A stretch of 32,000 nt of DNA from Ktedonobacterales bacterium (GTDB taxonomy: Bacteria > Chloroflexota > Ktedonobacteria > Ktedonobacterales > JADMIN01): assembly GCA_030167145.1 (NCBI GenBank), contig CP126532.1, positions 4,050,001 to 4,082,000 of the forward strand, in the 5' to 3' direction. Under the pieces are notes generated by a model, which searched no databases, was not told where the DNA came from, and saw only the letters and a program-made list of their open reading frames with translations. Positions 1 to 10,795 of this stretch are shown here, in pieces (the first letter of the stretch is position 1; each line of letters begins with the position of its first letter). The position numbers were made by a program, and so were the translations under genes.

Positions 1-100
1 TCAGCCGCTGCCGCCGGGCACCGGCGCGCAGACGCTGCGCACGCCCGATGGCGTCGCCGAGGCGCCCGCGCCGCCGAACGACGCAGATGACACGCGGTAG
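1..100 (+). CDS. 3' end of an upstream CDS (partial), possibly the C-terminal tail of NADH-quinone oxidoreductase subunit C by position only
   Basis: Frame 2 is open from the window edge to TAG at 98-100 (..QTLRTPDGVAEAPAPPNDADDTR*). It has the strongest GC3 bias of the three frames. The 33 aa show no recognisable motif, so the nuoC idea rests only on synteny upstream of nuoD. Confidence 0.3.
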   Translation, partial: QPLPPGTGAQTLRTPDGVAEAPAPPNDADDTR

Positions 101-112
101 CGTGATACTCAA

Positions 113-136
113 GTAGGGCAGACATTCGTGTCTGCC
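113..136 (+). repeat. Hairpin repeat (family A): GTAG-GGCAGACA-TTCG-TGTCTGCC
   Basis: Perfect 8-bp inverted repeat at 117-124/129-136 with a TTCG loop. It shares the GACA..TGTC core and GGC..GCC closing pairs with copies at 7028-7122 and 10796-10945. It lies in the 115-nt gap upstream of nuoD. Confidence 0.8.
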
Positions 137-215
137 AGCGCCGCGAAAGCGGCAACGCACGCGCAGATGGGCAGGCCGCTCGCGCCAGGGCGGCTCCCTG
201 AAATAGAGGCATACG

Positions 216-1448
216 ATGCAGACAGAGGAACGGGCGACAACGCTAGAGGTGGACGAGAGCGAGCAACTTGAGGGTGGCGCGCGCCGCGACTACATGACTA
301 TCAACATGGGGCCGCAGCATCCTTCCACCCACGGCGTGTTGCGCCTCATCCTGACCCTCGACGGTGAGACTATCGTCAAGGCGCAGCCCGACATCGGCTA
401 CCTGCACACCGGCATCGAAAAGACCGCCGAAGGCAAGAGCTACTTCAAGGCGCTGGTCGTCACCGACCGCATGGACTATCTCGCGCCACTTGCCAACAAC
501 CTGGGCTACTCGCTCGCCGTCGAGAAGCTGCTCGGTATCGAAGTGCCGGAGCGCGCGCTCTACGCCCGCGTGATTCTCGCGGAATTGCAGCGCATCGCCA
601 GCCACCTCGTCTGGCTCGGCACCAGCGCCCTGGACCTCGGCGCGCAGAGCGTCTTCCTCTACTGCTTCCGCGAGCGTGAGATCATCCTCGACATCTTTGA
701 GCTTTGCTCCGGCGTGCGCATGATGACCAGCTACATCATGCCCGGCGGCTTGCAGGCCGACCTGCCGCCCGGCTTCGAGCAGCGCGTGCGCGACTTCCTG
801 GCGCTGTTCCCCAAGCGGCTGCGCGAGTATCACGACCTGCTCACCAACAACCGGCTGTGGGTAGACCGCACCAAGGGTATCTGCAAGCTCCCCGCCGAAG
901 ATGCCGTGCGCCTGGGCTGCACCGGCGCGACCCTGCGCGGCAGCGGCGTCGCCTACGATGTGCGCAAAGCCTTCCCCTACGGCGGTTACGAGCGCTTCGA
1001 TTTCGACATCCCCGTTGGCGCGAACGGCGATGTCTACGACCGCTACCTTGTCCGCATGCTGGAGATGGACCAGAGTTTACGCATTATCCAGCAGGCGCTC
1101 GACGGATTGCCCGGCGGACCCTGGCAGGTGGACGACCCGAAGATTGTCCCGCCGCCGAAGTATATGGTCTCATCGAATATGGAAGCGCTGATCCACCACT
1201 TCAAGCTCTACACCGAGGGCTACCGCCCGCCCGCTGGCGAGGTCTATGTGCGCACCGAGTCGCCCAAGGGCGAACTAGGCTTCTACATGGTCAGCGACGG
1301 CTCCGCGCGGCCCTATCGCATGCACGTGCGCGCGCCGTCGTTCGCCAACCTTCAGGCGCTGCCGCTGATGATTCAGGGGGCGTTTGTCGCGGACGTAGTG
1401 GCGGCGATTGGCAGTATTGACATCGTGCTGGGAGAGGTGGACCGCTGA
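216..1448 (+). CDS. nuoD: NADH-quinone oxidoreductase subunit D (49-kDa/Nqo4 homologue)
   Basis: 410-aa ORF. MTINMGPQHPSTHGVLRL near the N-terminus and RMHVRAPSFANL...DIVLGEVDR at the C-terminus are hallmark NuoD motifs. AGAGG lies upstream of the ATG, and GC3 bias is strong. Confidence 0.97.
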   Translation: MQTEERATTLEVDESEQLEGGARRDYMTINMGPQHPSTHGVLRLILTLDGETIVKAQPDIGYLHTGIEKTAEGKSYFKALVVTDRMDYLAPLANNLGYSLAVEKLLGIEVPERALYARVILAELQRIASHLVWLGTSALDLGAQSVFLYCFREREIILDIFELCSGVRMMTSYIMPGGLQADLPPGFEQRVRDFLALFPKRLREYHDLLTNNRLWVDRTKGICKLPAEDAVRLGCTGATLRGSGVAYDVRKAFPYGGYERFDFDIPVGANGDVYDRYLVRMLEMDQSLRIIQQALDGLPGGPWQVDDPKIVPPPKYMVSSNMEALIHHFKLYTEGYRPPAGEVYVRTESPKGELGFYMVSDGSARPYRMHVRAPSFANLQALPLMIQGAFVADVVAAIGSIDIVLGEVDR

Positions 1449-2029
1449 TGATTACCGAGGAAGTGAAGGCGCGCATGCGCGAGATCTGCGCGCGCTATCC
1501 CGATCCCCGCTCCGGCACGCTGCCCTGCCTGCATCTGGCGCAGGAGGCCGAAGGCTACGTCACGCCAGACGGCATCGCGGCGGTGTCCGAGGTCACGGGC
1601 ACGAAGATAGACGAGGTTGAGTCGGTTGTCACCTTCTATTCGATGTATGACCGCGCGCCCACCGGAAAATACGCCATCAAGGTCTGCACCAGCATCTCAT
1701 GCTATCTGCGCGGCTGCGATGGCCTGATGGAGCATTTCGAGCAGCGGCTGGGCATCCAGCGCGGCCAGACCACCGCCGACGGCAGTTTCACGTTGCAGGG
1801 CGTCGAATGTCTCGCCGCCTGCGGCATGGCGCCGGTGCTTCAGGTCAATGGCGAGTTCGTCGAGAACGTCACCACGGCGGATGCCGACGCGCTGATCGAG
1901 CGGCTGAAGCGCGGCGAGGCGGTGGCGGCGCAGCCGGGCGCGTGGAATGTGCTGCCCAGCAAGACCGGCGCGAGCGCCCAGCAGACGGCTGCCGGCTCAG
2001 GCAGCGCGCAAACGGGGAAGGCCAAGTAG
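1448..2029 (+). CDS. nuoE: NADH-quinone oxidoreductase subunit E (24-kDa, 2Fe-2S)
   Basis: 193-aa ORF whose ATG overlaps the nuoD TGA by 1 nt. It has the thioredoxin-like 2Fe-2S cysteine pattern CTSISC ... CLAAC. The C-terminal tail is Ala/Gln/Gly-rich. Confidence 0.95.
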   Translation: MITEEVKARMREICARYPDPRSGTLPCLHLAQEAEGYVTPDGIAAVSEVTGTKIDEVESVVTFYSMYDRAPTGKYAIKVCTSISCYLRGCDGLMEHFEQRLGIQRGQTTADGSFTLQGVECLAACGMAPVLQVNGEFVENVTTADADALIERLKRGEAVAAQPGAWNVLPSKTGASAQQTAAGSGSAQTGKAK

Positions 2030-2030
2030 T

Positions 2031-3401
<1,371 letters not shown>

Positions 3402-3429
3402 GCGAGCGCCCAGGAGAAGATAGATTCGT

Positions 3430-5757
3430 ATGGCTGAGCAAGAAGAACTGGTCAATCTCACCATAGATGGGCAGCCCGTCAGCGTACCGAAAGGGTCGCT
3501 GATCTGGGCCGCCGCGCAAAAACTTGGCATCGAAATCCCGATCTATTGCTATCACCCGAAGATGGACCCGCTGGGCGCGTGCCGCATGTGCTTCGTCGAA
3601 GTGGAGAAGATGCCCAAGCTCGCCACCGCCTGCACCACCACCGTCGCCGAAGGCATGGTCGTCTCCACCACTTCGGCCAAGGTCAAGAAGGGCCGCGCGG
3701 GCACCCTCGAATTCCTGCTTATCAACCACCCGCTGGATTGCCCTATCTGCGATAAGGGCGGCGAGTGCGACCTGCAAGACTTCACCCTGCGCTATGGCCC
3801 CGGCGGCAGCCGCTTCGACCTGAACAAGCGCCACTTCGAGAAGCCGATTCCCGTCAGCGAGAACATCCTGCTCGACCGCGAGCGCTGCATCGCCTGCCAG
3901 CGCTGCGTGCGCTTTACGCAGACCGTCGCCATGGAAAACGGACTGGTGATGGAGCAGCGCGGCTTCCGCATCGAAGTTGGCGTAGATCCCGCCGCGCCGT
4001 TCGATTCCATCTTCTCTGGCAATGTCGTCGAGATGTGTCCCGTCGGCGCGCTTACCGCGAAGAACTACCGCTTCGTGACGCGCCCCTGGGAGCTGAAGAA
4101 GACGCCCAGCGTCTGCGGCAATTGCTCGGTTGGCTGCAATGTGCGTGTGGATGTGCGCGTGGACAAGGTGCTGCGCCAGTATTCGCGCACCAACGACGCG
4201 ATTGACGACGGCTGGCTCTGCGACCGGGGCCGCTGGGATCTCGACTGGATCAACGACACCGAACGTCTGCGCACGCCGCTGATTCGCCGCGACGGGCAGT
4301 TGCAGCCCGTAAGCTGGGATGAGGCGCTGCGCTTCGTGGCGGAACGCCTGCGCGCGGTGCGCGACCAGCGCGGCGCGCGGGCTATCGGCGGCATCGGCTC
4401 GACCCATACCACCAACGAAGAAGCATACCTCTTCCAGAAGCTGCTGCGCGCGGGCCTCGGCACGAACAACGTGGATCACGCGCATGGGCGCTTCCCCGCC
4501 ACGGAGCCGGGCGCGCTGCCGTGGGCCTGGTCTGATTCCATCGCCGGATTGGAGCAGGCGTCGCATATCGTGCTGCTCGGCGCGGACCCGTATCACCGGC
4601 AACCCATCGTAGACCTGCGCATCCGCAAGGCGATCCGTGCGGGCGCGCGTGTCTACGTTGTGACGCCCGAAGCCAACCGGCTCGACCGCCTCGTCGCCGG
4701 CGTCATCCGCTACACCGCCGGCCACACCGGCACACTCGCCCGCGCGCTGCTGAACATCATCACCAGCGACGGGCTGGCGCGTGGCGAACAGGGCGCACAG
4801 CGCGCCGCCGACCGCCGCGCTTCGGTCGCGCAGGAGACGCCAGAGCGCGCCGCCCAGGTGGCGGGCGTGGACGCCGACGCGCTACGCGAGTTGGCGCGCG
4901 AGATCGCGGGCGCGAAGGGCGCGGTGATCCTTTACGACGAGGCGGCGACGCTGGAGCCATCTGGCGCGACCCTTGCCGCCGACGTGCTGGATCTCGCGCT
5001 CATCACTGGCAACTTCGGCAAGCCAGGCGCGGGCGCGGGTCCGCTGCTCGCGGACAACAACTCGCTGGGCGCGCGGGATATGGGGCTGCTGCCCGACACG
5101 CTGCCCGGCTACCGTCCCGTGGGCGATGCCGCCGCGCATGCTGCATTGGGCGGCGCGTGGCTCGCGACGCTCCCAGCCGAACCGGGACTTTCGTACACTG
5201 AGATGCTTTCCGGTGGGGTCAAAGCGCTGTATGTGATGGGCGCGAATCCCGCCCGCGACGCGACGCCTGAGCAATTGGCCGCGCTCGACGCGCTCGATTT
5301 CCTGGTCGTGCAAGACCTGACGCTGACCGAGACGGCGCAGCGCGCGACGGTGGTGCTGCCAGCAGTGGCCTACACCGAGAAAGACGGCAGCTTCACCAAC
5401 ACCGAGCGCTGCGTGCAACTTGTGCGGCGAGCGATGCAGCCACTGGGCGGCGCAAAGGCCGATTGGGAGATCCTCGTCGGCGTCGCGCGGGCGCTGGGCC
5501 TGGGTTGGACCTATCTCTCGCCCGCCGAAATCCTTTCGGAGATTGGCCGCACGGTGCCGCTCTATGCGGGCGTCACCCGCCGCAGCCTCGGCGCGGAGGG
5601 CGTGCGCTGGCCGTTCGCGCCAGGGGAGCGCACCCCGGAGGGCCGCGCGACCATCACCGGCAGCCCATCTATCACCTGGCAGATGCTCGCAGAGGGCGTG
5701 GCGCGTGCCCAGAAGCCGGGCGGAGAACTTATAGCGCCGCGTGGACGGGGGGAGTGA
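3430..5757 (+). CDS. nuoG: NADH-quinone oxidoreductase subunit G (75-kDa)
   Basis: 775 aa with AGGAG upstream. Motifs: N-terminal 2Fe-2S cysteines (CYHPKMDPLGACRMCFVEV), HPLDCPICDKGGECDLQD (N5), CIACQRCVRF..CPVGAL (N4) and CGNCSVGCN (N7-type). A molybdopterin-oxidoreductase-like domain follows. Confidence 0.95.
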   Translation: MAEQEELVNLTIDGQPVSVPKGSLIWAAAQKLGIEIPIYCYHPKMDPLGACRMCFVEVEKMPKLATACTTTVAEGMVVSTTSAKVKKGRAGTLEFLLINHPLDCPICDKGGECDLQDFTLRYGPGGSRFDLNKRHFEKPIPVSENILLDRERCIACQRCVRFTQTVAMENGLVMEQRGFRIEVGVDPAAPFDSIFSGNVVEMCPVGALTAKNYRFVTRPWELKKTPSVCGNCSVGCNVRVDVRVDKVLRQYSRTNDAIDDGWLCDRGRWDLDWINDTERLRTPLIRRDGQLQPVSWDEALRFVAERLRAVRDQRGARAIGGIGSTHTTNEEAYLFQKLLRAGLGTNNVDHAHGRFPATEPGALPWAWSDSIAGLEQASHIVLLGADPYHRQPIVDLRIRKAIRAGARVYVVTPEANRLDRLVAGVIRYTAGHTGTLARALLNIITSDGLARGEQGAQRAADRRASVAQETPERAAQVAGVDADALRELAREIAGAKGAVILYDEAATLEPSGATLAADVLDLALITGNFGKPGAGAGPLLADNNSLGARDMGLLPDTLPGYRPVGDAAAHAALGGAWLATLPAEPGLSYTEMLSGGVKALYVMGANPARDATPEQLAALDALDFLVVQDLTLTETAQRATVVLPAVAYTEKDGSFTNTERCVQLVRRAMQPLGGAKADWEILVGVARALGLGWTYLSPAEILSEIGRTVPLYAGVTRRSLGAEGVRWPFAPGERTPEGRATITGSPSITWQMLAEGVARAQKPGGELIAPRGRGE

Positions 5758-5763
5758 GCCGCG

Positions 5764-7020
5764 ATGTCTGATGTAGCCTGGATTGTCGTCGCGGCGGTGG
5801 TCAAGAGCGCCATCGCGATTGGCGCGCTGCTGACGATCTTCGCCTATATGACGTTGGTCGAGCGCCGCGTAATCGCGCGCTTCCAGCGCCGCGTCGGTCC
5901 GAACCGCGCTGGTCCGCTGGGGCTGTTGCAGCCGCTGGCCGACGGCATGAAGATGGCGTTCAAAGAGCAGATCATCCCCACCAAAGCGCGGCGGCTGATC
6001 TTCGTCCTCTCGCCCGCGATTAGCGTCTTCGTGGCGCTGATCGCCTTCGCCGTCGTGCCGCTGGGCAATACCACCACCTGGGGCACGTCGCCGGTCGCCA
6101 TCGCTTGGGCGCCATTCATCGCCGATTTGAACGTCGGCGTGCTGTACATGCTGGCGATCTCGTCGCTCGCGGTCTATGGCATCGTCCTGGGCGGCTGGTC
6201 GTCCGGCAATCATTATTCGCTGCTTGGCGCGTTGCGTTCGGCCGCGCAGATGGTCTCGTATGAGGTCAGCATCGGCCTCGCGCTGGCGGGCGTGCTGATG
6301 CTCTCCGGCACGCTGAGCATGGTGGGCATCGTCCACGCGCAGGTGGCGCAGGGCATCTGGTTCATCCTGGCGCAGCCGCTGGCCTTCGTGCTCTACGCCA
6401 TCGCCGCGACGGCTGAGGTGAACCGCGCACCCTTCGATCTGCCCGAAGCGGAGCAAGAACTCGTTGCGGGCTACTTAACGGAGTTCAGCGGACTGCGCTG
6501 GAGCCTCTACCAGATGGCCGAATACATCAATATGATTACGGTCAGCTCCATCGCCGCGACGCTTTTCTTCGGCGGCTGGACCCTCGGCGGGCTGGAGGGC
6601 ATCCCCGGCATGCCATTCGTCTGGTACACCATCAAAGTCGCTATCTTCCTGTTCATCTTCATCTGGGTCCGCGCGACGTTGCCGCGCATCCGCTACGACC
6701 AATTGATGAAGGTTGGCTGGCAGGCGTTGCTGCCGCTCTCGATCATCAATCTGGTCTTCACCGGGCTGGCGGTCGCGCTCGGCTGGCCCTGGTGGGCGAG
6801 CGGCCTCTTCGGGCTGGGTGTGCTGCTGATCGTCGCGGTGGTGCTCTACAACCGTCTGCGGCTGCGCCAGGCGATGGAGCGGCAATCGGGCGAAGCGGTG
6901 CCGCTGGCGCTGCCCTCGTCGGTGCGGCTGGTGCGCATCGCACCGGCAACGGCAAGCGAAAGCGGCGATGGTGTGGTGGCGGCTCCGGCTGCCCCCGCCG
7001 AATCGGTCACCACATCGTAA
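5764..7020 (+). CDS. nuoH: NADH-quinone oxidoreductase subunit H (ND1 homologue), with a ~70-aa low-complexity C-terminal tail
   Basis: 418-aa polytopic ORF. GPLGLLQPLADGMKMAFKE and EAEQELVAGYLTEFSG are typical NuoH/ND1 motifs. The tail NRLRLRQ...APAAPAESVTTS is extra. Confidence 0.95.
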   Translation: MSDVAWIVVAAVVKSAIAIGALLTIFAYMTLVERRVIARFQRRVGPNRAGPLGLLQPLADGMKMAFKEQIIPTKARRLIFVLSPAISVFVALIAFAVVPLGNTTTWGTSPVAIAWAPFIADLNVGVLYMLAISSLAVYGIVLGGWSSGNHYSLLGALRSAAQMVSYEVSIGLALAGVLMLSGTLSMVGIVHAQVAQGIWFILAQPLAFVLYAIAATAEVNRAPFDLPEAEQELVAGYLTEFSGLRWSLYQMAEYINMITVSSIAATLFFGGWTLGGLEGIPGMPFVWYTIKVAIFLFIFIWVRATLPRIRYDQLMKVGWQALLPLSIINLVFTGLAVALGWPWWASGLFGLGVLLIVAVVLYNRLRLRQAMERQSGEAVPLALPSSVRLVRIAPATASESGDGVVAAPAAPAESVTTS

Positions 7021-7021
7021 C

Positions 7022-7123
7022 TGGTGGGGCGGACATTCTTGTCTGCCTCTTGGAGCTTGCGGACAGACAGAAATGTCTGTCCTACCGTTAGGCGGTGGGT
7101 GGGGCGGACATTCTTGTCTGCCC
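7022..7123 (+). repeat. Cluster of three family-A hairpin repeats in the nuoH-nuoI gap
   Basis: 7028-7047 and 7103-7122 are GGCGGACA-TTCT-TGTCTGCC, with one G opposite T in the stem. 7061-7082 is GGACAGACA-GAAA-TGTCTGTCC, a perfect 9-bp stem. All were verified base by base. Confidence 0.85.
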
Positions 7124-7162
7124 TGCGGCGAAATCGGCAGATTCGGCAACTGCATCCTCTGC

Positions 7163-7200
7163 TCTCCCCTCTCCTCGTAGGAGAGGGGCCGGGGGAGAGG
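7163..7200. repeat. Family-C repeat: CCCCTCTCC-TCGTA-GGAGAGGGG followed by CCGGGGGAGAGG
   Basis: 9-bp inverted repeat at 7166-7174/7180-7188, followed by a second GGAGAGG arm. A related copy lies at 21496-21533, sharing AGGAGAGGGG..GGGGG.GAGGT. Confidence 0.6.
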
Positions 7201-7233
7201 TCAATATAGCGTTCACGAAAGCGGGATTCGCGT

Positions 7234-7872
7234 ATGGCGATGGAAATGCTCAAAGGCCTGGGCACGACGCTCAAGGAGTTCGGCAAGAAGCCGACGACCG
7301 TCTCATATCCGGAAGAGAAGCGGCAATTGCCGCCGCGCTTCCGGGGCCGCCACGTGCTGCATCGTTACGAGAACGGCCTGGAACGCTGTGTCGGCTGTTT
7401 CCTCTGCGCGGGCGCCTGCCCCGCCGATGCCATCTACATCGAAGCCGAAGAGAACACCGATGAGCAGCGCGTCTCACCGGGTGAGCGCTACGCCCGCGTC
7501 TTCGACGTGAATCTGCTGCGCTGCATCTTCTGCGGCTACTGCGAGCAGGCCTGCCCCACCGGCGCGATCACGCTGGAGAACATCTACGAACTGGCCAGCA
7601 CCCACCCCGAAGACCTCGTCTACCACAAAGAACAACTGCTGGAGCCAGTCGGCAGCGCCACGCGCGGCTCCATCGTAGACTGGACGCCCACGCCGCCCGA
7701 AGCGACGCCCACGCCGCTGCCCGGACGCCAGGGCTACTTCGACGGCCTCGAAGCCTCCGCCGCCGCCGTCGGCCAGGGCGATATGCCCGCCGAACAGGCC
7801 GTCTTCCTTGGCGACGACCTCAGCGGCATGGAGCATCGCAGGCGCCTGGGCGAGCCAGAGGAGGGCGAATAG
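7234..7872 (+). CDS. nuoI: NADH-quinone oxidoreductase subunit I (2 x 4Fe-4S ferredoxin), with a ~70-aa C-terminal extension
   Basis: 212 aa. It has two ferredoxin motifs, CVGCFLCAGACP and CIFCGYCEQACP. The tail after ~aa 140 is Pro/Thr/Ala/acidic-rich. Confidence 0.93.
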   Translation: MAMEMLKGLGTTLKEFGKKPTTVSYPEEKRQLPPRFRGRHVLHRYENGLERCVGCFLCAGACPADAIYIEAEENTDEQRVSPGERYARVFDVNLLRCIFCGYCEQACPTGAITLENIYELASTHPEDLVYHKEQLLEPVGSATRGSIVDWTPTPPEATPTPLPGRQGYFDGLEASAAAVGQGDMPAEQAVFLGDDLSGMEHRRRLGEPEEGE

Positions 7873-7876
7873 CGCT

Positions 7877-8419
7877 ATGCTGCTGCACCAGATTGCCTTC
7901 TATGTGCTCGCCGCCGTCGCCATCGCCTCCGCGCTGGGCGTCATCTCGTTTCGCAGCGCGGTCTACAGTATGCTCAGCCTGATCGTCAACCTGATGAGCC
8001 TGGCTTTCTTCTTCCTGATGCTTCAGGCCATCTTCATCGGTACGATTCAAGTGCTAATCTACGCGGGCGCGGTGATGGTGCTCTTTCTCTTCGTCGTCAC
8101 CATGCTTGCCCCCGACACCGAATCCGTCGGCGGACGCAACCCGCTTCGTTGGCAGTGGGGTGCAGGCATCGGATTGGGCATCATCCTGGCGGGCGGGCTG
8201 ATTCTAGCCGTCGTCAATGGCTCGCTCGCTCGCGACGCCCACGCCGTCGGCGCGGATGGGCTGGCGCGGCAGGTCGCGTTGCACGGCAACGTTGAAGCGT
8301 TCGGCCTCGCCTTGTTCCACGGCTTCTCGTTCCCGTTCGAGATCACCAGCGTGCTGCTCGTCATCGCCGTGCTGGGCGCGGTGGTGCTGGGCCGTCGCAT
8401 CCTGGGCCGTGAGGAATAG
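7877..8419 (+). CDS. nuoJ: NADH-quinone oxidoreductase subunit J
   Basis: Start placed at ATG 7877 (MLLHQIAFYVLAAV..), 4 nt after the nuoI TAG, because the ORF-track start at 7808 overlaps nuoI. The protein is hydrophobic with 5 TM segments of ND6/NuoJ type, and its position in the operon fits. Confidence 0.85.
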   Translation: MLLHQIAFYVLAAVAIASALGVISFRSAVYSMLSLIVNLMSLAFFFLMLQAIFIGTIQVLIYAGAVMVLFLFVVTMLAPDTESVGGRNPLRWQWGAGIGLGIILAGGLILAVVNGSLARDAHAVGADGLARQVALHGNVEAFGLALFHGFSFPFEITSVLLVIAVLGAVVLGRRILGREE

Positions 8420-8431
8420 AGGAGCGTCATC

Positions 8432-8737
8432 ATGCCCGTACCCGTATCCGCCTATCTCACCGTCAGCGCCATCCTCTTCACCATCGGCACACTCGGCGTC
8501 ATCGTGCGCCGCAATCCGCTGGTGATGTTCATGTCCATCGAACTGATGCTCAACGCCGTCAACCTCTCGTTCATGGCGTTCGCGCACTTCCTCAATTCGG
8601 TGGACGGCTGGATGTTCATCTTTCTGGTGCTGACCGTCGCCGCCGCTGAAGTGGTGGTCGGCCTCGCTATCATTGTCTCGATTTTCCGCAGTCGCCACAG
8701 CATCAACGTGGACGAACTGAACACATTGAAGGGTTAG
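8432..8737 (+). CDS. nuoK: NADH-quinone oxidoreductase subunit K
   Basis: 101 aa with 3 TM segments. [31 protein letters not shown] is the typical NuoK/ND4L motif. Confidence 0.93.
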   Translation: MPVPVSAYLTVSAILFTIGTLGVIVRRNPLVMFMSIELMLNAVNLSFMAFAHFLNSVDGWMFIFLVLTVAAAEVVVGLAIIVSIFRSRHSINVDELNTLKG

Positions 8738-10776
8738 TGTCGCGTATGTTGAACCTGACGCCGCTGATCCTGCTCTTTCCGCTGATCGGCTTCGTCCTGC
8801 TCGGCCTCTTCGGCAAGCGCCTGCCGAAGGCGCTGATCTCGCTCATCGGCTGTGGCGTGGTGCTGCTGGCCTTCGCCTGCGCCGTCGCCGATTTCGTTTC
8901 GATGCTCGGCGTCTCTGGCGCGGCGCAATCGAGCAACATCACCATCTTCAATTGGGTCACCTCTGGCGGCCTGACGATTGACTTCACCTTGCTCTCCGAC
9001 CCGCTCTCCGCTGTGATGCTGCTGATCGTGACCGGCGTGGGCTTCCTGATCCACGTCTACTCGATTGGCTACATGGCCGATGACGACGGCTACTGGCGCT
9101 TCTTCTCCTTCCTCAACCTCTTCATCTTCGCTATGACCCTGCTGGTCGCGGCAGGTAACTTCCTCTTCCTGCTCGTCGGCTGGGCGGGCGTTGGCCTTGC
9201 CTCGTTCCTGCTGATCGGCTACTGGTACACGCGCCCCTCAGCCGTCGCCGCCGCGAGAAAAGCCTTCGTCGTCAACGTCATCGGCGACTTTGGCCTGATG
9301 CTTGCCATCTTCCTGCTCTTCAAAACCTTCGGCACGCTGAACTATAGCGAACTTCTTTACAATTCTCAGCGCTGGTGCCCGCGGGGCCTGGAATGTTCTT
9401 TCGACCAGGCTGCGCGGCTCGCCGGTTTCGCGGGCCAGTCCACTATGCTCGCCATCGCACTCTTGCTGCTCGTCGCGGCGGTGGCGAAGTCGGCGCAGTT
9501 GCCGCTGCACGTCTGGCTGCCCGATGCGATGGAAGGCCCAACCCCGGTCAGCGCGCTGATCCACGCGGCGACGATGGTCACGGCGGGCGTGTATCTTGTC
9601 GCCCGCGCGCACAGTATCTTCCAGGCCGCGCCCGCTTCGCTGGCTGTCGTCGCCGTCATCGGTGGCGCTTCGGCGCTCTTCGCCGCCACCATCGCCTGCG
9701 TGCAGACCGACATCAAGCGCGTGCTGGCCTACTCGACGATGAGCCAGCTTGCCTACATGTTCATGGGCGAAGCGGCGGGCGGCTTCAGCGGCGGCATCTT
9801 CCACCTGACCACCCACGCCTACTTCAAGGCGCTGCTCTTCATGGCGGCGGGTGCGGTGATCCACGCGCTGGCGGGCGAGCAGGATATGCGCAAGATGGGC
9901 GGCCTGCGCCACAAATTGCCGCTCACGTTCTGGTGCTTCGTCGTCGGCGGGCTGGCGCTGGCGGCGGTCTTCCCCTTTGACGGCTTCTGGAGCAAAGACA
10001 CGATTCTCAGCAGCGTCCTTGAGCGCGCCACCACCTCTGGCGATTTCGGCTGGTACGTGCTCTACGCCGCTGGTATTCTCACTGCCGCGCTCACCGGCTT
10101 CTACACCTTCCGGCTGATCTTCGCGGTGTTCCTGGGCGAGTATCGCGGCCCAGAAATCGTGCCCCACGGCGCGGAACACGCCGCATCCGCTCCCGCCAGC
10201 CGCCCCAATGGCCGCAACGCGGCCCGCCGCGATCCGCTGGCGCGTGTGCGCGAGGTAGGCGCGGCGATGGCCGTGCCGATGCTGATTCTGGCCGCGCTCT
10301 CGATCATCGGCGGCTTCTACGATACGCCCATCAAACCATGGCTCAACGAGTTTCTAGTCCCATCTACCGGCCCCGCCGTTGAGCTACCGAACGGCAGCGG
10401 CCTCTTCTGGTTCAGCATCGTGCTGAGCCTCGCCGCCGCGCTGCTCGGCATTGGCATCGCCTGGGCGCGCTACGGCAGCCGCCAGCCACGCTTCGCGCCC
10501 AGCCGCAATCCGTTCGTTATCCTGCTGGAGCACCGCTACTACGTGGATGACCTCTACGACCGCGCCATCGTGCGGCCGATTGTGGCGCTGGGCCGCTGGC
10601 TGCGCCGCGATGTCGAGGGCGTTGCGCTGGATGGCGGCACACGCGGCGTCGGTGGTCTCATCGGCGGCGCGAGCAAAGGCTTGCGCGCCTTACAAACCGG
10701 CTATGTCCGCAACTACGCGCTGGCGATCTTCACCGGCGCAGTCCTGATCGTCCTATATTACGTCATTCGTCCGTAG
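8737..10776 (+). CDS. nuoL: NADH-quinone oxidoreductase subunit L (ND5 homologue)
   Basis: 679 aa. The GTG at 8737 overlaps the nuoK TAG by 1 nt, and ATG 8746 is an alternative start. KSAQLPLHVWLPDAMEGPTPVSALIHAATMV is the antiporter-like core motif. The stop TAG at 10774-10776 lies inside a GTAGGGGCGTCC repeat head. Confidence 0.93.
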   Translation: MSRMLNLTPLILLFPLIGFVLLGLFGKRLPKALISLIGCGVVLLAFACAVADFVSMLGVSGAAQSSNITIFNWVTSGGLTIDFTLLSDPLSAVMLLIVTGVGFLIHVYSIGYMADDDGYWRFFSFLNLFIFAMTLLVAAGNFLFLLVGWAGVGLASFLLIGYWYTRPSAVAAARKAFVVNVIGDFGLMLAIFLLFKTFGTLNYSELLYNSQRWCPRGLECSFDQAARLAGFAGQSTMLAIALLLLVAAVAKSAQLPLHVWLPDAMEGPTPVSALIHAATMVTAGVYLVARAHSIFQAAPASLAVVAVIGGASALFAATIACVQTDIKRVLAYSTMSQLAYMFMGEAAGGFSGGIFHLTTHAYFKALLFMAAGAVIHALAGEQDMRKMGGLRHKLPLTFWCFVVGGLALAAVFPFDGFWSKDTILSSVLERATTSGDFGWYVLYAAGILTAALTGFYTFRLIFAVFLGEYRGPEIVPHGAEHAASAPASRPNGRNAARRDPLARVREVGAAMAVPMLILAALSIIGGFYDTPIKPWLNEFLVPSTGPAVELPNGSGLFWFSIVLSLAAALLGIGIAWARYGSRQPRFAPSRNPFVILLEHRYYVDDLYDRAIVRPIVALGRWLRRDVEGVALDGGTRGVGGLIGGASKGLRALQTGYVRNYALAIFTGAVLIVLYYVIRP

Positions 10777-10795
10777 GGGCGTCCATCGTCTCCCT

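Noticed and set aside
6475-7286. ORFs 6475..7155(-), 6846..7286(-), 6968..7180(+) and 7024..7209(+) spanning the nuoH-nuoI gap, and likewise 10753..11204(-) and 10797..11031(+) in the nuoL-nuoM gap
   Set aside because: Their open frames arise from translating the hairpin repeats in both directions, giving recurring peptides such as RTFLSA/GGADILVC/QECPLHH. They also overlap the well-supported nuoH/nuoL/nuoM genes. They have no RBS and no coding-type GC3 pattern.
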